64,000 nt of DNA, taken from contig DQUI01000025.1 of assembly GCA_015662355.1 (NCBI GenBank), positions 90 to 64,089 of the forward strand, read 5' to 3'. The stretch is from Methanothermococcus okinawensis. Lineage in GTDB: Archaea > AGJL01 > Methanococci > Methanococcales > Methanococcaceae. Below the pieces are notes generated by a model, which had not been told where the DNA came from, ran no database searches, and worked only from the letters and a program-made list of their open reading frames with translations. Shown piece after piece: positions 9,393 to 20,866 of this stretch; position 1 is the first letter of the stretch, and each line of letters begins with the position of its first letter. The position numbers and the translations under genes were made by a program.

Positions 9393-11243
9393 ATGAGAGG
9401 AGCAGAAGCCTTTATAAAGGCGCTGGAGTACGAAGGTGTGAAGGTTATATTTGGATATCCAGGTGGAGCTCTACTTCCCTTTTACGACGCTCTATACGAC
9501 AGCGATTTAATACATATACTTACAAGGCACGAGCAGGGGGCAGCCCATGCAGCAGATGGATACGCCAGGGTAAGTGGGAAAGTTGGTGTATGTGTTGGAA
9601 CCTCAGGTCCAGGGGCTACGAACTTAGTAACAGGTGTAGCTACAGCCTATGCAGATTCCTCCCCTCTAGTTGCCATTACTGGCCAAGTACCTACAAGGTT
9701 AATAGGGAACGACGCCTTTCAGGAGATAGACGCCTTAGGTATATTTATGCCTATAGTTAAGCACAACTTTCAGATAAGGAGGAGTAAAGATATTCCTGGA
9801 ACAGTTAGGGCTGCCTTTGAGATAGCAAAAACTGGGAGACCTGGCCCTGTCCATATAGATCTACCAAAGGATGTCCAGGAGGAGGAGTTTAACATAGAGA
9901 GTAACCCAATACCTGCCAAGATAGACCTCCCTGGATACAAACCTACTGTGAAGGGGCATCCTAAGCAGATTAAAATGGCTGTAAATGCTATCATAGCTGC
10001 AGAGAGGCCTGTAATTATTGCAGGTGGTGGTGTAAATATAGCCAATGGAACAGAGGAACTTGTAAAACTTGCAGAGTTATGTGCTATCCCTGTATGTACT
10101 ACCTTGATGGGTAAAGGTAGTTTTCCCGAGGAGCATCCCCTTGCCCTGGGAATGGTTGGAATGCACGGAACAAAACCTGCAAATTACGCTGTATCAGAGT
10201 GTGATCTACTAATTGCCATAGGTTGTAGGTTCTCAGATAGAATAACTGGGGATATCCGTAGCTTTGCCCCTTATGCAAAGGTTATCCATATAGACATAGA
10301 TCCTGCAGAGATAGGGAAGAACGTAGATGTGGATATACCTATCGTGGGAGATGCAAAGCTTGTCATGAGGGATATAATATCCTCTCTCCTTAAGAGTTGC
10401 AGGACAGGGGAGAAGGTATTAAATAATCAAGGTAGGGAGGAGTGGTTGAAGTACTTAGAATCTCTGAAGAGATCTAGCATCCCAAAGATGGACTACGACC
10501 ACACCCCTATAAAGCCTCAGAGGATTGTAAAGGAGCTTATGGACGTAATTCAGGAGTTGAAGTTAAAGGATAAATTTATTATAACAACAGATGTAGGGCA
10601 GAATCAGATGTGGATGGCCCACTACTTCAAGGTACATCTACCTAGGACCTTCATCTCCTCTGGAGGTCTAGGTACTATGGGTTTTGGACTACCTGCTGCA
10701 ATAGGGGCCAAGATAGCAAGACCTGAGGCCAAGGTTGTATGTGTCACTGGAGATGGAGGATTTATGATGAATATTCAGGAGTTAGGTACTATTGCAGACT
10801 ACGGCATACCTGTTGTCATATGTATATTTGACAACAGAACATTAGGTATGGTATATCAGTGGCAGAACCTGTTCTACAGGGGAAGACAGTGTAGTGTTAC
10901 CTTTGGAGAAAGTCCAGACTTTGTAAAGGTGGCAAAGGGTTACGGTATAAAGGCCCAGAGGGTAACAGATCCTAGTGATATAAAGGAGGTGCTCAAGGAG
11001 GCACTTCTCAGTGATGAACCTTATCTTATAGACTTTGTTATAGATCCTTCAGAAGGGCTACCTATGGTACCTCCAGGGGAGAAGTTAAAAAATATAATAG
11101 AACCTGTTAAAGCCTATCCTAAGGAGAAGATTCCATCTTTCCAGGAGATAAAGAAAAAGTTACTAGGAGATAGTAGGGAGAGAAGTGTTAGTAAAGATAT
11201 TCCCCAGGATTTTACATCCCCTGTAGAGCGGGAGATGTATTAA
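9393..11243 (+). CDS. ilvB: Acetolactate synthase large subunit
   Basis: FGYPGGA, RHEQGAAHAADGYAR, TSGPGATN, TDVGQNQMW, GDGGF ThDP motif. Confidence 0.96.
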   Translation: MRGAEAFIKALEYEGVKVIFGYPGGALLPFYDALYDSDLIHILTRHEQGAAHAADGYARVSGKVGVCVGTSGPGATNLVTGVATAYADSSPLVAITGQVPTRLIGNDAFQEIDALGIFMPIVKHNFQIRRSKDIPGTVRAAFEIAKTGRPGPVHIDLPKDVQEEEFNIESNPIPAKIDLPGYKPTVKGHPKQIKMAVNAIIAAERPVIIAGGGVNIANGTEELVKLAELCAIPVCTTLMGKGSFPEEHPLALGMVGMHGTKPANYAVSECDLLIAIGCRFSDRITGDIRSFAPYAKVIHIDIDPAEIGKNVDVDIPIVGDAKLVMRDIISSLLKSCRTGEKVLNNQGREEWLKYLESLKRSSIPKMDYDHTPIKPQRIVKELMDVIQELKLKDKFIITTDVGQNQMWMAHYFKVHLPRTFISSGGLGTMGFGLPAAIGAKIARPEAKVVCVTGDGGFMMNIQELGTIADYGIPVVICIFDNRTLGMVYQWQNLFYRGRQCSVTFGESPDFVKVAKGYGIKAQRVTDPSDIKEVLKEALLSDEPYLIDFVIDPSEGLPMVPPGEKLKNIIEPVKAYPKEKIPSFQEIKKKLLGDSRERSVSKDIPQDFTSPVEREMY

Positions 11244-11255
11244 AAAGGTGATCCT

Positions 11256-11789
11256 ATGAGGAGGCATTCAAAAAAGGAGGAGGTCTCTACCCATATTATA
11301 TCTGCCCTTGTATTGAACAACCCAGGGGTACTTCAGAGGATAGCAGGACTATTCACTAGAAGGGGATACAATATATCCTCTATAACAGTTGGTACTACAG
11401 AAACCCCTAGTATAGCAAGGATGACTATAGTGGTGAAGGGGAACGACAAGATACTGGAGCAGGTGGTGAAACAACTTAACAAACTTATAGAGGTTATCAA
11501 GGTAAGTGACTTAGATGTGGATAAGTGTATAAAGAGGGAACTCTGCCTTATAAAGATCCACACCCCAGATGAGAGTAGTAAGTCCCAGATAATTCAATAC
11601 ACCAATGTATTCAGGGGAAAGATAGTAGATCTAAGTCCAGAGTCATTAACTGTGGAGATAACTGGGAACAGTGACAAGATAAATGCGTTTATAGAGCTGG
11701 TGAGATCCTTTGGAATTAAGGAGATGGCACGTACTGGATTAACTGCACTTATGAGAGGACCTAAGGTGTTAAAATCTAAAAAATCTTAA
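11256..11789 (+). CDS. ilvN: Acetolactate synthase small (regulatory) subunit
   Basis: ACT domain [28 protein letters not shown]; follows ilvB. Confidence 0.95.
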   Translation: MRRHSKKEEVSTHIISALVLNNPGVLQRIAGLFTRRGYNISSITVGTTETPSIARMTIVVKGNDKILEQVVKQLNKLIEVIKVSDLDVDKCIKRELCLIKIHTPDESSKSQIIQYTNVFRGKIVDLSPESLTVEITGNSDKINAFIELVRSFGIKEMARTGLTALMRGPKVLKSKKS

Positions 11790-11805
11790 TTATACAGGTG
11801 GGACA

Positions 11806-13341
11806 GTGAGATTCAATCTCCTGGGGAAGGTTGTATTTAGCAGGGAGTTAAACAGGGAGATGATTAAAGACATAGAGGAGGTTCTTAAAGGTAGTAGGGA
11901 GATATTTCTAAGGGGTGTCCCTAAGGGGAAGGAGGAGGAGGCCTCAAGAATAGTGGATTACTCCTTCCAAGGTAGGGAACTCCTACTAAATATAGTATCA
12001 GGTAGATACACCAGGGCGCATGACGCCCTTATTAGACTGAGGAAACCTATTATGGAAAAGATCGGAAGGAAACACAAAGTAGGTATTAGAGGTATTCACA
12101 TAGACGACTATCAGATCTCCATACCTGTGAAAAAGGATATAAGGGATATAAAAGTACCTGAATGTCAGGAGGTAGTGTATGAAGAGGGGAGTTTAAAACT
12201 TATATTTAGAGATATAGGGGAGAAGGAACTTCAGAGGAATATTATCGACAGGGCTATAAAGTTTGTAAATAGTTATCTGGAATCTCAGGAGGATTTAACA
12301 CACCAAATATGTGCTATAGAACCTGGTACTGTAGTTAGAGAGTATAGGGCTAAGAGGGATATAACCTTCAGGGAGAACCCTACAGATGTTGCAGAGAGGT
12401 TAGGATGGGTAAAGAGGTTTCCAGGTAAGGGGCAGTGGTTCTACACCCCTCCAATGGCAAGACTGTTTAGAGTATTTGAAGAACTTATAATGGAGGAGTG
12501 TGTCAATAAGTTAGGATTTGAGGAGTGTCTCTTTCCCAAGTTGATACCTCTAGAGATCATGTACAAGATGAGATATTTGGAGGGGCTTCCAGAGGGGATG
12601 TACTACGTCTCCCCTCCAAAGAGAGACCCTGAGATGTTCAGGGAGTTTGTCAACGAGATGATAGTAAAGAAGGAGATACCTGTTAAGAAGTTGAGGAATC
12701 TCCTTAGGGATCCAAGTTATGTGTTAGCCCCTGCCCAGTGTGAACCCTTCTATCAGTTCTTTGAACATATGATAGTAGATGTGGATAAACCTGTGAAATT
12801 TGTAGATAGAAGTGGTTGGACCTACAGGTGGGAAGGAGGAGGGGCTAGAGGACTTGACAGGGTAAACGAGTTCTTGAGGATAGAGTGTGTAATGTTAGGT
12901 AGCCCAGAGTTCGTTGAAAAGGTTAGGGATGACACCTTGAGATACGCAGAGAAACTAGCTGAAAAACTTGACTTGGAGTACTGGACTGAGGTTGGAGACG
13001 ATCCCTTCTATCTAGAAGGTAGAAAAAAGGAGGACAGGAACATAGAGTTTCCAGAGGTACCTAAGTACGAGATGAGGTTGTGGCTACCCTATGAAAAGGA
13101 GGAGAGAAAGGGGGTTGCAGTAACCTCTGCAAATGTCCATGGAACTCACTTTGTAGAGGGGTTTAACATAAGGGATTACAAGGGGAGAAAGGTCTGGACT
13201 GGATGCACCGGTTATGGAATAACTAGATGGGTTGTTGGATTCTTAGCCCAGTACGGCTTCAACTACGACAACTGGCCAAAGGTTATTCAGAAGAAGTACG
13301 GGAAGATGCCTGAGATTCCAAAGGTGATCAACTGGCCTTAA
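11806..13341 (+). CDS. serS: Seryl-tRNA synthetase, methanogen type
   Basis: [34 protein letters not shown]; 511 aa with the methanogen-specific N-terminal domain. Confidence 0.92.
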   Translation: MRFNLLGKVVFSRELNREMIKDIEEVLKGSREIFLRGVPKGKEEEASRIVDYSFQGRELLLNIVSGRYTRAHDALIRLRKPIMEKIGRKHKVGIRGIHIDDYQISIPVKKDIRDIKVPECQEVVYEEGSLKLIFRDIGEKELQRNIIDRAIKFVNSYLESQEDLTHQICAIEPGTVVREYRAKRDITFRENPTDVAERLGWVKRFPGKGQWFYTPPMARLFRVFEELIMEECVNKLGFEECLFPKLIPLEIMYKMRYLEGLPEGMYYVSPPKRDPEMFREFVNEMIVKKEIPVKKLRNLLRDPSYVLAPAQCEPFYQFFEHMIVDVDKPVKFVDRSGWTYRWEGGGARGLDRVNEFLRIECVMLGSPEFVEKVRDDTLRYAEKLAEKLDLEYWTEVGDDPFYLEGRKKEDRNIEFPEVPKYEMRLWLPYEKEERKGVAVTSANVHGTHFVEGFNIRDYKGRKVWTGCTGYGITRWVVGFLAQYGFNYDNWPKVIQKKYGKMPEIPKVINWP

Positions 13342-13358
13342 AATAACTACTGGATAAG

Positions 13359-13886
13359 GTGAACCCTTTGAAGATATACATATACCATAAGAACCAGTGT
13401 GATCCAAAGAGATGCACTGCACTTAAGATGGGAAAGTTAAATATGGCAAAGATCCTCAGGGACTATCGTAAGATACCTAGGAGAGCCCTACTACTAAACC
13501 CCTACGCTAAAACACCAGTGTCCATAGAGGACAGGGATATTATAGAGAGATACGGCATACTGGCCCTGGACTGCTCCTGGCAGCATGCCCAGGAGGTATT
13601 TAAAAGGGTTAAATTTAAACATCATAGGCGCCTCCCCTTCCTAATAGCTGCCAACCCTGTAAACTATGGAAAACCCTGTAAACTTTCCACACTGGAGGCC
13701 TGTATTGCCACCCTCTATATCGCAAACTATAAAAATGAGGCCCTGTCTCTATTAAATGGTTTCAAATGGGCAGAGACATTTATAGATTTAAACAGGGATC
13801 TCCTTGAGAGCTATGCAGGTAAAGGATGTGAGGAGATTTTAGAGATAGAGAAAGATTTTTTAAGTAGAATAAGAAAAAGTAACTAA
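13359..13886 (+). CDS. tsr3: 16S rRNA aminocarboxypropyltransferase (DUF367)
   Basis: QCDPKRCTALK, LDCSW, LPFLIAANPVNYGKPCKLSTLEA. Confidence 0.92.
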   Translation: MNPLKIYIYHKNQCDPKRCTALKMGKLNMAKILRDYRKIPRRALLLNPYAKTPVSIEDRDIIERYGILALDCSWQHAQEVFKRVKFKHHRRLPFLIAANPVNYGKPCKLSTLEACIATLYIANYKNEALSLLNGFKWAETFIDLNRDLLESYAGKGCEEILEIEKDFLSRIRKSN

Positions 13887-13904
13887 AAATATTGTGGTGA
13901 TATT

Positions 13905-14048
13905 ATGGTATTTGAAGAGGCTATGAACAGGTTGTTTAAAAAGAAGATCTGTTTAAGGTGCAATGCAAGAAACCCTTGGAGAGCTGAAAAGTGTAGGAAG
14001 TGTGGATACTCAAAGTTGAGACCTAAGGCAAAGGAGCCTAGAGGATAA
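13905..14048 (+). CDS. rpl40e: 50S ribosomal protein L40e (absent from ORF track, 47 aa)
   Basis: Manual translation [47 protein letters not shown]; zinc ribbon; GGTGA RBS. Confidence 0.95.
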   Translation: MVFEEAMNRLFKKKICLRCNARNPWRAEKCRKCGYSKLRPKAKEPRG

Positions 14049-14072
14049 ATAACTTCCTATATAGGTGGGTAG

Positions 14073-14939
14073 ATGAGGATAAAAAAGGGAATAGTACCTG
14101 CAGCAGGATTTGGTACAAGGTTACTCCCGATGACTAAGGCCCAACCAAAGGAGATGTTATGTGTAGTTGGTAAGCCTATAATACAGTACGTTATCGAAGA
14201 CATGGCTGATGCAGGTGTGGACAACATACTTATCGTTACAGGTAAGGGAAAGAGCGCCATAGAGAATCACTTTGACAGGAACTTTGAGTTAGAGTGGAAG
14301 TTAAAGGAGAGTGGGAAGTACCATCTACTTGAGGAGATCTGTAGAATAGACAGAATAGCAAAGATCTTCTATACGAGACAGAGGGAGCCTAAAGGTTTAG
14401 GGGATGCAGTATACTGTGGGAAGGAGTTTATAGGGGATGAGTACTTTATCACCATGGTTGGAGACACTATATATACAGAGAACGTGGTAAAAAAGATGCT
14501 AGAGGCCTACAACAGATATCGCTGCTCAGTTATAACCTTGGAGAGGGTACCTAGAGATATAGTACATAAGTACGGGGTAATAGGAGGAAGGGAGGTTGAA
14601 AAGGGTATCTTTGAGATAGAAGATCTTGTGGAGAAACCCTCTGTGGAGGAGGCTCCCTCTAACTTAATTATCACTGGAGGATACCTCCTTTCTCCAAAGA
14701 TATTTGAGCACCTGGAGAATACAAAACCTGGAAGAGGTGGAGAGATACAGCTAACTGATGCTATGAGGTCCCTCCTAGAGGAGGAGAAGATAGTAGGGGT
14801 AGAGATTAACTGTAGGAGATACGATATAGGGGATATTGAGGGATGGTTAAAGGCAAATGTGGAAATTGCCATGGAGAGGATACCTGGATTTAAGGAGTAT
14901 CTTAGGGAGTTGATAGGAGGGAATGGCAGTTCAAGGTGA
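14073..14939 (+). CDS. galU: UTP--glucose-1-phosphate uridylyltransferase
   Basis: [40 protein letters not shown]. Confidence 0.92.
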   Translation: MRIKKGIVPAAGFGTRLLPMTKAQPKEMLCVVGKPIIQYVIEDMADAGVDNILIVTGKGKSAIENHFDRNFELEWKLKESGKYHLLEEICRIDRIAKIFYTRQREPKGLGDAVYCGKEFIGDEYFITMVGDTIYTENVVKKMLEAYNRYRCSVITLERVPRDIVHKYGVIGGREVEKGIFEIEDLVEKPSVEEAPSNLIITGGYLLSPKIFEHLENTKPGRGGEIQLTDAMRSLLEEEKIVGVEINCRRYDIGDIEGWLKANVEIAMERIPGFKEYLRELIGGNGSSR

Positions 14940-15364
14940 AATATATGGATAGAATAAGGTTAGGATTTGTAGTATCAGAGTTCAACAGGGAGATAACCTA
15001 TATGATGGAGAAGTTGGCAGAGGAGCATGCAGAGTTCTTAAACGCTGAGGTTATTTATAAGATCCTAGTCCCTGGAACCTTTGACATACCCCTGGCAGTA
15101 AAGAGGTTGTTGGAGAAGGAGGAAATTGATGCTGTAGTAACAATAGGCTGTGTAATAGAGGGAGAAACTGAACATGACGAGATAGTCCTCCACAACGCTG
15201 CAAGGAAGATAGCTGACCTCTCTCTCCAGTACAACAAACCTGTGACTTTAGGTGTCTCAGGACCTGGGATGACAAGATTACAGGCTGAGGAGAGGGTGGA
15301 ATACGGTAAGAGAGCTGTGGAGGCCGCTGTAAAGATGGTAATAAGGTTGAAGAAGTTAGAGTAG
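14936..15364 (+). CDS. ribH: 6,7-dimethyl-8-ribityllumazine synthase
   Basis: [31 protein letters not shown]. Confidence 0.93.
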   Translation: MKYMDRIRLGFVVSEFNREITYMMEKLAEEHAEFLNAEVIYKILVPGTFDIPLAVKRLLEKEEIDAVVTIGCVIEGETEHDEIVLHNAARKIADLSLQYNKPVTLGVSGPGMTRLQAEERVEYGKRAVEAAVKMVIRLKKLE

Positions 15365-15376
15365 TACTGGGATAAT

Positions 15377-15670
15377 ATGGATGTACTTAGGGAGGAGTTC
15401 GAGATAATAAAGGAGAGGATAAAAAATAAACCTGAAGGTTCATATACTGCCTATCTAACTACTGAGGACGATAAAAAGGCTATTAACAAGATATGTGAGA
15501 AGATAGGGGAGGAGGCTACAGAGGTTATACTGGCGGCGAAGGACGGGATAAAGGAGGACATTATACACGAATCTGCAGATCTCATCTATCACCTCTTTGT
15601 ACTCCTGGCCTACTCTGGAGTGGAGTACCAGGAGTTAATCCAGGAGTTCATAAGGAGAAGGAAAAAGTAA
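15377..15670 (+). CDS. hisE: Phosphoribosyl-ATP pyrophosphatase
   Basis: [23 protein letters not shown]. Confidence 0.93.
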   Translation: MDVLREEFEIIKERIKNKPEGSYTAYLTTEDDKKAINKICEKIGEEATEVILAAKDGIKEDIIHESADLIYHLFVLLAYSGVEYQELIQEFIRRRKK

Positions 15671-15691
15671 ATTTTAATCTTTTTTTAAGGG

Positions 15692-16768
15692 ATGTCTATG
15701 GGTACTGTGGAAGAGAAGTTCCATACTTTTTTAGATATATTAAGTAGAAATTTAAAAAACATGCCTGCAGTTGAGAGAATATCTAGGAGTAACAGGGAAT
15801 TAGAGGAGAGAGCCTTTAAAGTACTTCTCTCCACTATCCTCAGTGCCAGGACAAAGGATGAGGTTACACTGGAGGTTTCAAAAAGACTATTTCAAAGGAT
15901 AAAAACCCCTGAGGATCTAGTGGATATAGAGGAAAAGGAGTTGGAGAGACTTATTTATCCAGTGGGTTTCTACAGGACTAAGGCCAAGTATCTGAAAAAA
16001 CTGGGAGAGATGTTAATAGAAGAGTTTCAGGGCAAGGTGCCAAGGACGTTGGAGGACCTTGTAAAACTCCCTGGTGTAGGGAGAAAAACTGGAAACTTAG
16101 TTGTCACCTTGGCATACAACGACTACGGTATATGTGTAGATACCCATGTTCACAGGATATGTAACAGATGGGAGTACATAGATACTGAAACCCCTGAAGA
16201 GAGTGAGATGGAGTTAAGGAAGAAACTCCCAAAGAGATACTGGAAGATTATCAACACCCTCCTAGTAGATTACGGTAAGAGAATATGCTCCCCTATTCCA
16301 AAGTGCCATCTATGTGCTCCAGAGATAAGAAAACTATGCCCCTACTATGAAAAGATAAAAGGTATAGAAGAGGTACTAGAGAAGTACAACTTTAAGAAAA
16401 TTTCAAGGACTAACATCCCAGATAAGAGGGGCACATATATCCTAAAGATAAAGTTAAAGGAAGTTAAAAACATCAGCTATGGGAAAAATAGAAGGAGGTT
16501 TAAAAGGGGTTACTACTTCTACGTAGGATCTGCAATGGGAGAGAGTAATAACTTAAAAAGAAGGATAGGGAGACATTTAAGAGAGGATAAGAAACTCCAC
16601 TGGCACATTGATTACCTACTAAATTACGGAAGTATAAAAGGGATATATGTCTCAGAGAAGGATGTGGAGTGTGAGGTAGCTAGGGATTTAAGTTTCCTTG
16701 AAGGTGTAGAAGGTTTTGGATCCTCAGATTGTAGCTGTAGAAGTCATCTCTTCTATATGAAGAGCTAG
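15692..16768 (+). CDS. nth: Endonuclease III (HhH-GPD) fused to a C-terminal GIY-YIG/DUF123-like domain
   Basis: [15 protein letters not shown] HhH, VDTHVHR, 4-Cys cluster motif; C-terminus GTY...YVGSA...R..RH...[19 protein letters not shown]. Confidence 0.88.
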   Translation: MSMGTVEEKFHTFLDILSRNLKNMPAVERISRSNRELEERAFKVLLSTILSARTKDEVTLEVSKRLFQRIKTPEDLVDIEEKELERLIYPVGFYRTKAKYLKKLGEMLIEEFQGKVPRTLEDLVKLPGVGRKTGNLVVTLAYNDYGICVDTHVHRICNRWEYIDTETPEESEMELRKKLPKRYWKIINTLLVDYGKRICSPIPKCHLCAPEIRKLCPYYEKIKGIEEVLEKYNFKKISRTNIPDKRGTYILKIKLKEVKNISYGKNRRRFKRGYYFYVGSAMGESNNLKRRIGRHLREDKKLHWHIDYLLNYGSIKGIYVSEKDVECEVARDLSFLEGVEGFGSSDCSCRSHLFYMKS

Positions 16769-17619
16769 ATTTTTAAAACCCTCCTACCCCATCGATGTGC
16801 CCAGCACTGGATACATATCCCCACTGGTAGGGATGCAGTATGACATCCCATATACTCAATAAATACATCTAACGCTGTAACACTTCCACCAAGACCCATG
16901 GCACCGATACCTAGCTTATTTATATCATCCAAGAGCTCCCTCTCCAATTTTGCCACATCCCTGTTAGGGTGTCTCTCTCCTATCCTCCTTAGTAGTGCTT
17001 TTTTTGCAAGTTTTAAGGCAGTATCTCCAGTACCTCCCACACCTACTCCTAGTATTATAGGTGGACAAGGTTTTCCCCCAGCCTTGGCTACAGTTTCCAG
17101 TACAAATCTTCTTATACCTTCTATACCCTCTGCAGGGGTTAGCATCTTAAGGGCACCCATATTTTCACTACCTGCACCCTTGGGAAGTATCTTAATCTCC
17201 ACCTCCCTCTCTAAACTTTCATCAATCTCCACATCTACAAAGGGAGATCCTAATCCAACGTTTGTCTTAAGGTTCTCCCTTGTAAAGGGGTTTACCACGT
17301 TAGGTCTTAGAGGGATCTCCTCAGTTGCCCTAGCTACACCTTTTTTTATCCCCTCTAGGATATGAAGGATCTCAGTGGAGGAGACGTCCCTTCCCACCTT
17401 TAAAAATACAATGGGAACCCCTGTGTCCTGGCAGAGAGGTATAGATCTATCCTGTGCAACCTCAATATTTTTAAGTATTGCCTTTAATATACTCCTTGAG
17501 ATCTCACTCTCCTCCCTCTCCAGGGCAGATAGGAGGGCCCTCTCCACGTCTTCAGGTACAGTGGTCACAGTCTCCCTGAAGAGGTCCACTACAACCTCTG
17601 CTATGTCATCAACATTCAC
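16765..17619 (-). CDS. Fumarate hydratase / tartrate dehydratase alpha subunit (Fe-S hydro-lyase)
   Basis: [27 protein letters not shown]-like motif, CWAHR. Confidence 0.9.
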   Translation of the reverse strand: MNVDDIAEVVVDLFRETVTTVPEDVERALLSALEREESEISRSILKAILKNIEVAQDRSIPLCQDTGVPIVFLKVGRDVSSTEILHILEGIKKGVARATEEIPLRPNVVNPFTRENLKTNVGLGSPFVDVEIDESLEREVEIKILPKGAGSENMGALKMLTPAEGIEGIRRFVLETVAKAGGKPCPPIILGVGVGGTGDTALKLAKKALLRRIGERHPNRDVAKLERELLDDINKLGIGAMGLGGSVTALDVFIEYMGCHTASLPVGICIQCWAHRWGRRVLKI

Positions 17620-18476
17620 TATACCACCTGGGAATAGACCTCCCTGAGGAACGTTAAAATATCCCTCTCTGTTATTATACCAACTAGCCTATCCCTATCC
17701 TCTACAACTGGAAGGGCACCTACACCCCTGTTGATCATAACCTCTGCAACACTTCTCAGGGGGTCCTCCCTACTTGCCCTCACTGGATCCCGAGCCATTA
17801 CCTCCTCCACTCTAACATTTGTTATCTCCCTTATATTCCCTGTAGTCATACGGTTGAAGGCCCAGTCGCTACCTAGTAATCTTATAAAATCTGTAGAGGT
17901 TATCATACCTACTAATTTATCCTCAGATACTACTGGAAGTCTTCTAAATCTGTTTCTCAGCATAACCCTAGCCACGTCCTTTAACCTCATCCCTGGAGTG
18001 GCAACTATAGGATCCTCACTCATGTAGTCTCCAACAGTTTTTCCCTCTATTCTATCTATAAGATAACTGATAACGTCCCTCTCAGTTATAAGGGATAGGA
18101 GTATATTGTCCCTATCTACTACAGGGGTTCCCCCTACGTTCTTCTCAATGAATATCTCCATTACTTCCTCCAACGGTGTAGAATCCCTTACACATACAGG
18201 GTTGTTTGTCATTATCTCTTTAACTGGCTCATTTATTGCAGAGAGGAGGTTATGGTTATGTCTATACTTTACAAGGTTGTACTTGGAACCTCCCCCCATA
18301 AAGTCTAGAATATCCATAGGGGTTACAATACCTAGAATCCTATCTGTACCTGCATCTACTACAGGTACCCTTCTACTACCACTGTTGTTCATCTTTGAAA
18401 CTGTATCCCTTATAGTAGTAGAGGGATATACCTTTACAATATCTCTTTTACCTTTAATTATATCACTTACTCTCAA
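17619..18476 (-). CDS. Four-CBS-domain (two Bateman modules) nucleotide-binding protein
   Basis: Four CBS repeats (RRVPVVD, GGTPVVD, RRLPVV, GALPVV, each followed by G-I/L-I-T-x-x-D). Confidence 0.88.
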   Translation of the reverse strand: MRVSDIIKGKRDIVKVYPSTTIRDTVSKMNNSGSRRVPVVDAGTDRILGIVTPMDILDFMGGGSKYNLVKYRHNHNLLSAINEPVKEIMTNNPVCVRDSTPLEEVMEIFIEKNVGGTPVVDRDNILLSLITERDVISYLIDRIEGKTVGDYMSEDPIVATPGMRLKDVARVMLRNRFRRLPVVSEDKLVGMITSTDFIRLLGSDWAFNRMTTGNIREITNVRVEEVMARDPVRASREDPLRSVAEVMINRGVGALPVVEDRDRLVGIITERDILTFLREVYSQVV

Positions 18477-18500
18477 CGTTTCCCCCCGTTAAACTGTTAT

Positions 18501-19061
18501 CTAGATATCGTTGTCTATACAACTCTCACAGAGGTATCTTCCATTTACATACTTTAGACGTCCCTGATTTCCACACCCCTCACATACCCCGTATATGTAT
18601 CCCTGCTCCTTTGGATACTCCTCCTCATCCCTTATCTTAGATACCTCCACCATTATCTCGAAGATCTTAGGTGAGACAGAGACGATATCACTTACTGTGA
18701 TTATACCTAACAGTTTCCCCTTCTCAATTACTGGCAGTCTTTTTATATTCTTTCTAGCCATTAACTTTGCAGCCTCTATAATGGTAGCCTTTGGAGATAT
18801 GGATATAAGTTTTGGAGATACGATGTCCTTAATTAGGACCTCCTTTGATTTTAAATTTCTAGCAACTACTTTATTAACCAGGTCCTTCTCAGTAATTAGT
18901 CCCACAGGTTCCATAGTATCATCTACTACCACTAAACATCCTATCTCTTTATTCTTCAGTATGTTGGCGGCGTCGTAAGCTGTAGCATTTAACTTCACAG
19001 TCTCTACAGGGCTACTCATAACCTCACTTACACTTATATCAAATTCCATCACTACCACCAT
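18501..19061 (-). CDS. CBS-pair protein with C-terminal Cys4 zinc ribbon
   Basis: Two CBS domains followed by CEGCG...LCESC. Confidence 0.85.
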   Translation of the reverse strand: MVVVMEFDISVSEVMSSPVETVKLNATAYDAANILKNKEIGCLVVVDDTMEPVGLITEKDLVNKVVARNLKSKEVLIKDIVSPKLISISPKATIIEAAKLMARKNIKRLPVIEKGKLLGIITVSDIVSVSPKIFEIMVEVSKIRDEEEYPKEQGYIYGVCEGCGNQGRLKYVNGRYLCESCIDNDI

Positions 19062-19109
19062 TTATAATTAACAATCATTATAATTTTCTTTAATCTTATT
19101 TATTAATTT

Positions 19110-19607
19110 TTACTTCAGATCTACCCTACTTGTTATTCCCTGTCCCAACCCCTCGTATAGGGTAACCTCTATCCACTCTATACTCTCTACCTCTAACTTC
19201 AGGAGCTCCTCTCTAATAACTCCTCCAATATAGAGGGACAGTTCCTCTGCAGTAATTCCCTTTAAAGGTAGAAGGAGAACGTCCTCCACTGGGAGTTTGT
19301 ACTCCTTTTTACATCCCCTGTAGGAGTATACTAGGTGTATGTACTTTCCCTCAAAGGTGTACTTCAGATAGGGGTGATCCCTAGGTAGAAGTAGTCTGTG
19401 ATCTAGAGTTTTACATATCCCTTTTACGATCTTTTTTAACACCTTGAAATCTATGACAAAGTTAAATTCTCCAGCAGGTTCTCCGTTTAACCTTACATCT
19501 ACATAGTATGTATGGCCGTGTATAACTCCACAGGAGTCATGTCCAAATACTATATGGGCAGATGAGAACCTCAGTCCTAGATAGAGTCCCTTTAACTCTA
19601 GTATCAT
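19110..19607 (-). CDS. queD: 6-pyruvoyl/6-carboxy-tetrahydropterin synthase family (QueD-like)
   Basis: FSSAH, C-x3-HGH, DFKVLK, LDHRLL, TAEEL, EG at C-terminus; ATG at 19607 preferred to TTG at 19634. Confidence 0.75.
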   Translation of the reverse strand: MILELKGLYLGLRFSSAHIVFGHDSCGVIHGHTYYVDVRLNGEPAGEFNFVIDFKVLKKIVKGICKTLDHRLLLPRDHPYLKYTFEGKYIHLVYSYRGCKKEYKLPVEDVLLLPLKGITAEELSLYIGGVIREELLKLEVESIEWIEVTLYEGLGQGITSRVDLK

Positions 19608-19699
19608 CCTTTTCCTCTTTTCACTGTTTTTCAATAAATTATAAAAAAAGGTTTAAAAAACAGGTTATCTTATCAATTAGAAGATACGGCGGTGGAAAT

Positions 19700-20866
19700 G
19701 TGGATCTCTATAAAACATTCCTTATTATAGTAGCCTCTATATTTCTAGCACCAATTATTTTAAAGAGGTTTAATATACCTGGGATCACCGCTATAATGTT
19801 AGCTGGAATTCTTATAGGTCCTTACGGCCTTGGTGTTGTGAATATTGATCAATCCCTTGAAACATTTTCCACCTTTGGAGCTATATTTCTTATGTTCCTC
19901 GCTGGGATGGAGGTGGACAACGAGATCCTATTTAAAGGGTTTAAAAACTCCCTGTTTATATCTCTGTTTTCTGCAACAATATGTGGTATTGGGGGCTACT
20001 ATATAGGGAGTTTTCTAGGTCTTAACTACTTAGGTGCCCTACTCTACGGTGTTATGTTTGCCTCTAACTCTGTAGGTATAGTCTACGCCCTATTAAAAGA
20101 GTTAGGTATTGTAAAATCTAAATTTGGAACTGTACTACTAGGAGCTGTTGTACTGTCTGAGATACTTGGGATGATACTCCTAGCTACCCTCTCCAAGGTC
20201 AGTTTAAATCACCTAGAGGGATCTCTAGTATTTATCCTCCAGGTGCTCCTCTATATATTAGGCCTGTTGTTACTAATTCCCTTTATTACAAGGAGGATAT
20301 TCAAGAAGCTTGAAAAACTTCCCTTTAGAAAGATACACTTTGTACTCCTGATAATATTTGTCTCTATACTAATCGGGGAGTACGTAGGGGTACATCCTAT
20401 GATATGTGCATTTATTACAGGGGTTGCTGTATCTGAGGCCTTAACTAAGGAGGAGCACGACCTATTACTTAACAGTAATCTAAATGCTATAGGTTACAGT
20501 TTCTTCATACCTATATTCTTCTTAACCTTGGGGATGAAAACTAATATCAAGATGTTGTCAAATCTGGACAACGTGGGAATACTCGTCAGTACAGTGGGGG
20601 GCTTGATACTTTTGAAGACACTATCTGGCTATCTCTCTTTTAGACTGATAGGTTATGACAAGTTGAGGAGCCTCTACGGGGGCCTCTTAACTATCCCCCA
20701 AGTTTCTGCCCCTCTAGTTGTAGCCTCTGTTGGAAGGGATCTAGGGGTACTTCCCCATAACTTCTTTATCACTGTAATTATGACTATACTTATAACCTCT
20801 ATTATAGCCCCTATAGCTATAAAGTATCTCATAGATAGGTATCCCCTGCCCCCTGAAGATCCATAA
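19700..20866 (+). CDS. Cation:proton antiporter (CPA2/NapA-like)
   Basis: About 12 hydrophobic segments, FLMFLAGME, FFIPIFF; start placed at GTG 19700 after a GGTGG RBS. Confidence 0.85.
   Translation: MDLYKTFLIIVASIFLAPIILKRFNIPGITAIMLAGILIGPYGLGVVNIDQSLETFSTFGAIFLMFLAGMEVDNEILFKGFKNSLFISLFSATICGIGGYYIGSFLGLNYLGALLYGVMFASNSVGIVYALLKELGIVKSKFGTVLLGAVVLSEILGMILLATLSKVSLNHLEGSLVFILQVLLYILGLLLLIPFITRRIFKKLEKLPFRKIHFVLLIIFVSILIGEYVGVHPMICAFITGVAVSEALTKEEHDLLLNSNLNAIGYSFFIPIFFLTLGMKTNIKMLSNLDNVGILVSTVGGLILLKTLSGYLSFRLIGYDKLRSLYGGLLTIPQVSAPLVVASVGRDLGVLPHNFFITVIMTILITSIIAPIAIKYLIDRYPLPPEDP

Noticed and set aside
9352-9395. ATGAC-GGTGAT-GTCAT dyad at the ilvB start resembling the ehb/cdh half-site
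   Set aside because: The half-sites are in the opposite orientation, the arms are 5 bp, and the sequence is constrained by the RBS and start codon.
11806-13341. Unusual SerRS with a long N-terminal domain
   Set aside because: This is the well-described methanogen-type SerRS.
19562-19699. N-terminal extension of the antiporter ORF overlapping queD
   Set aside because: The extension runs through intergenic A-tracts; GTG 19700 has an RBS and gives a typical length of about 390 aa.
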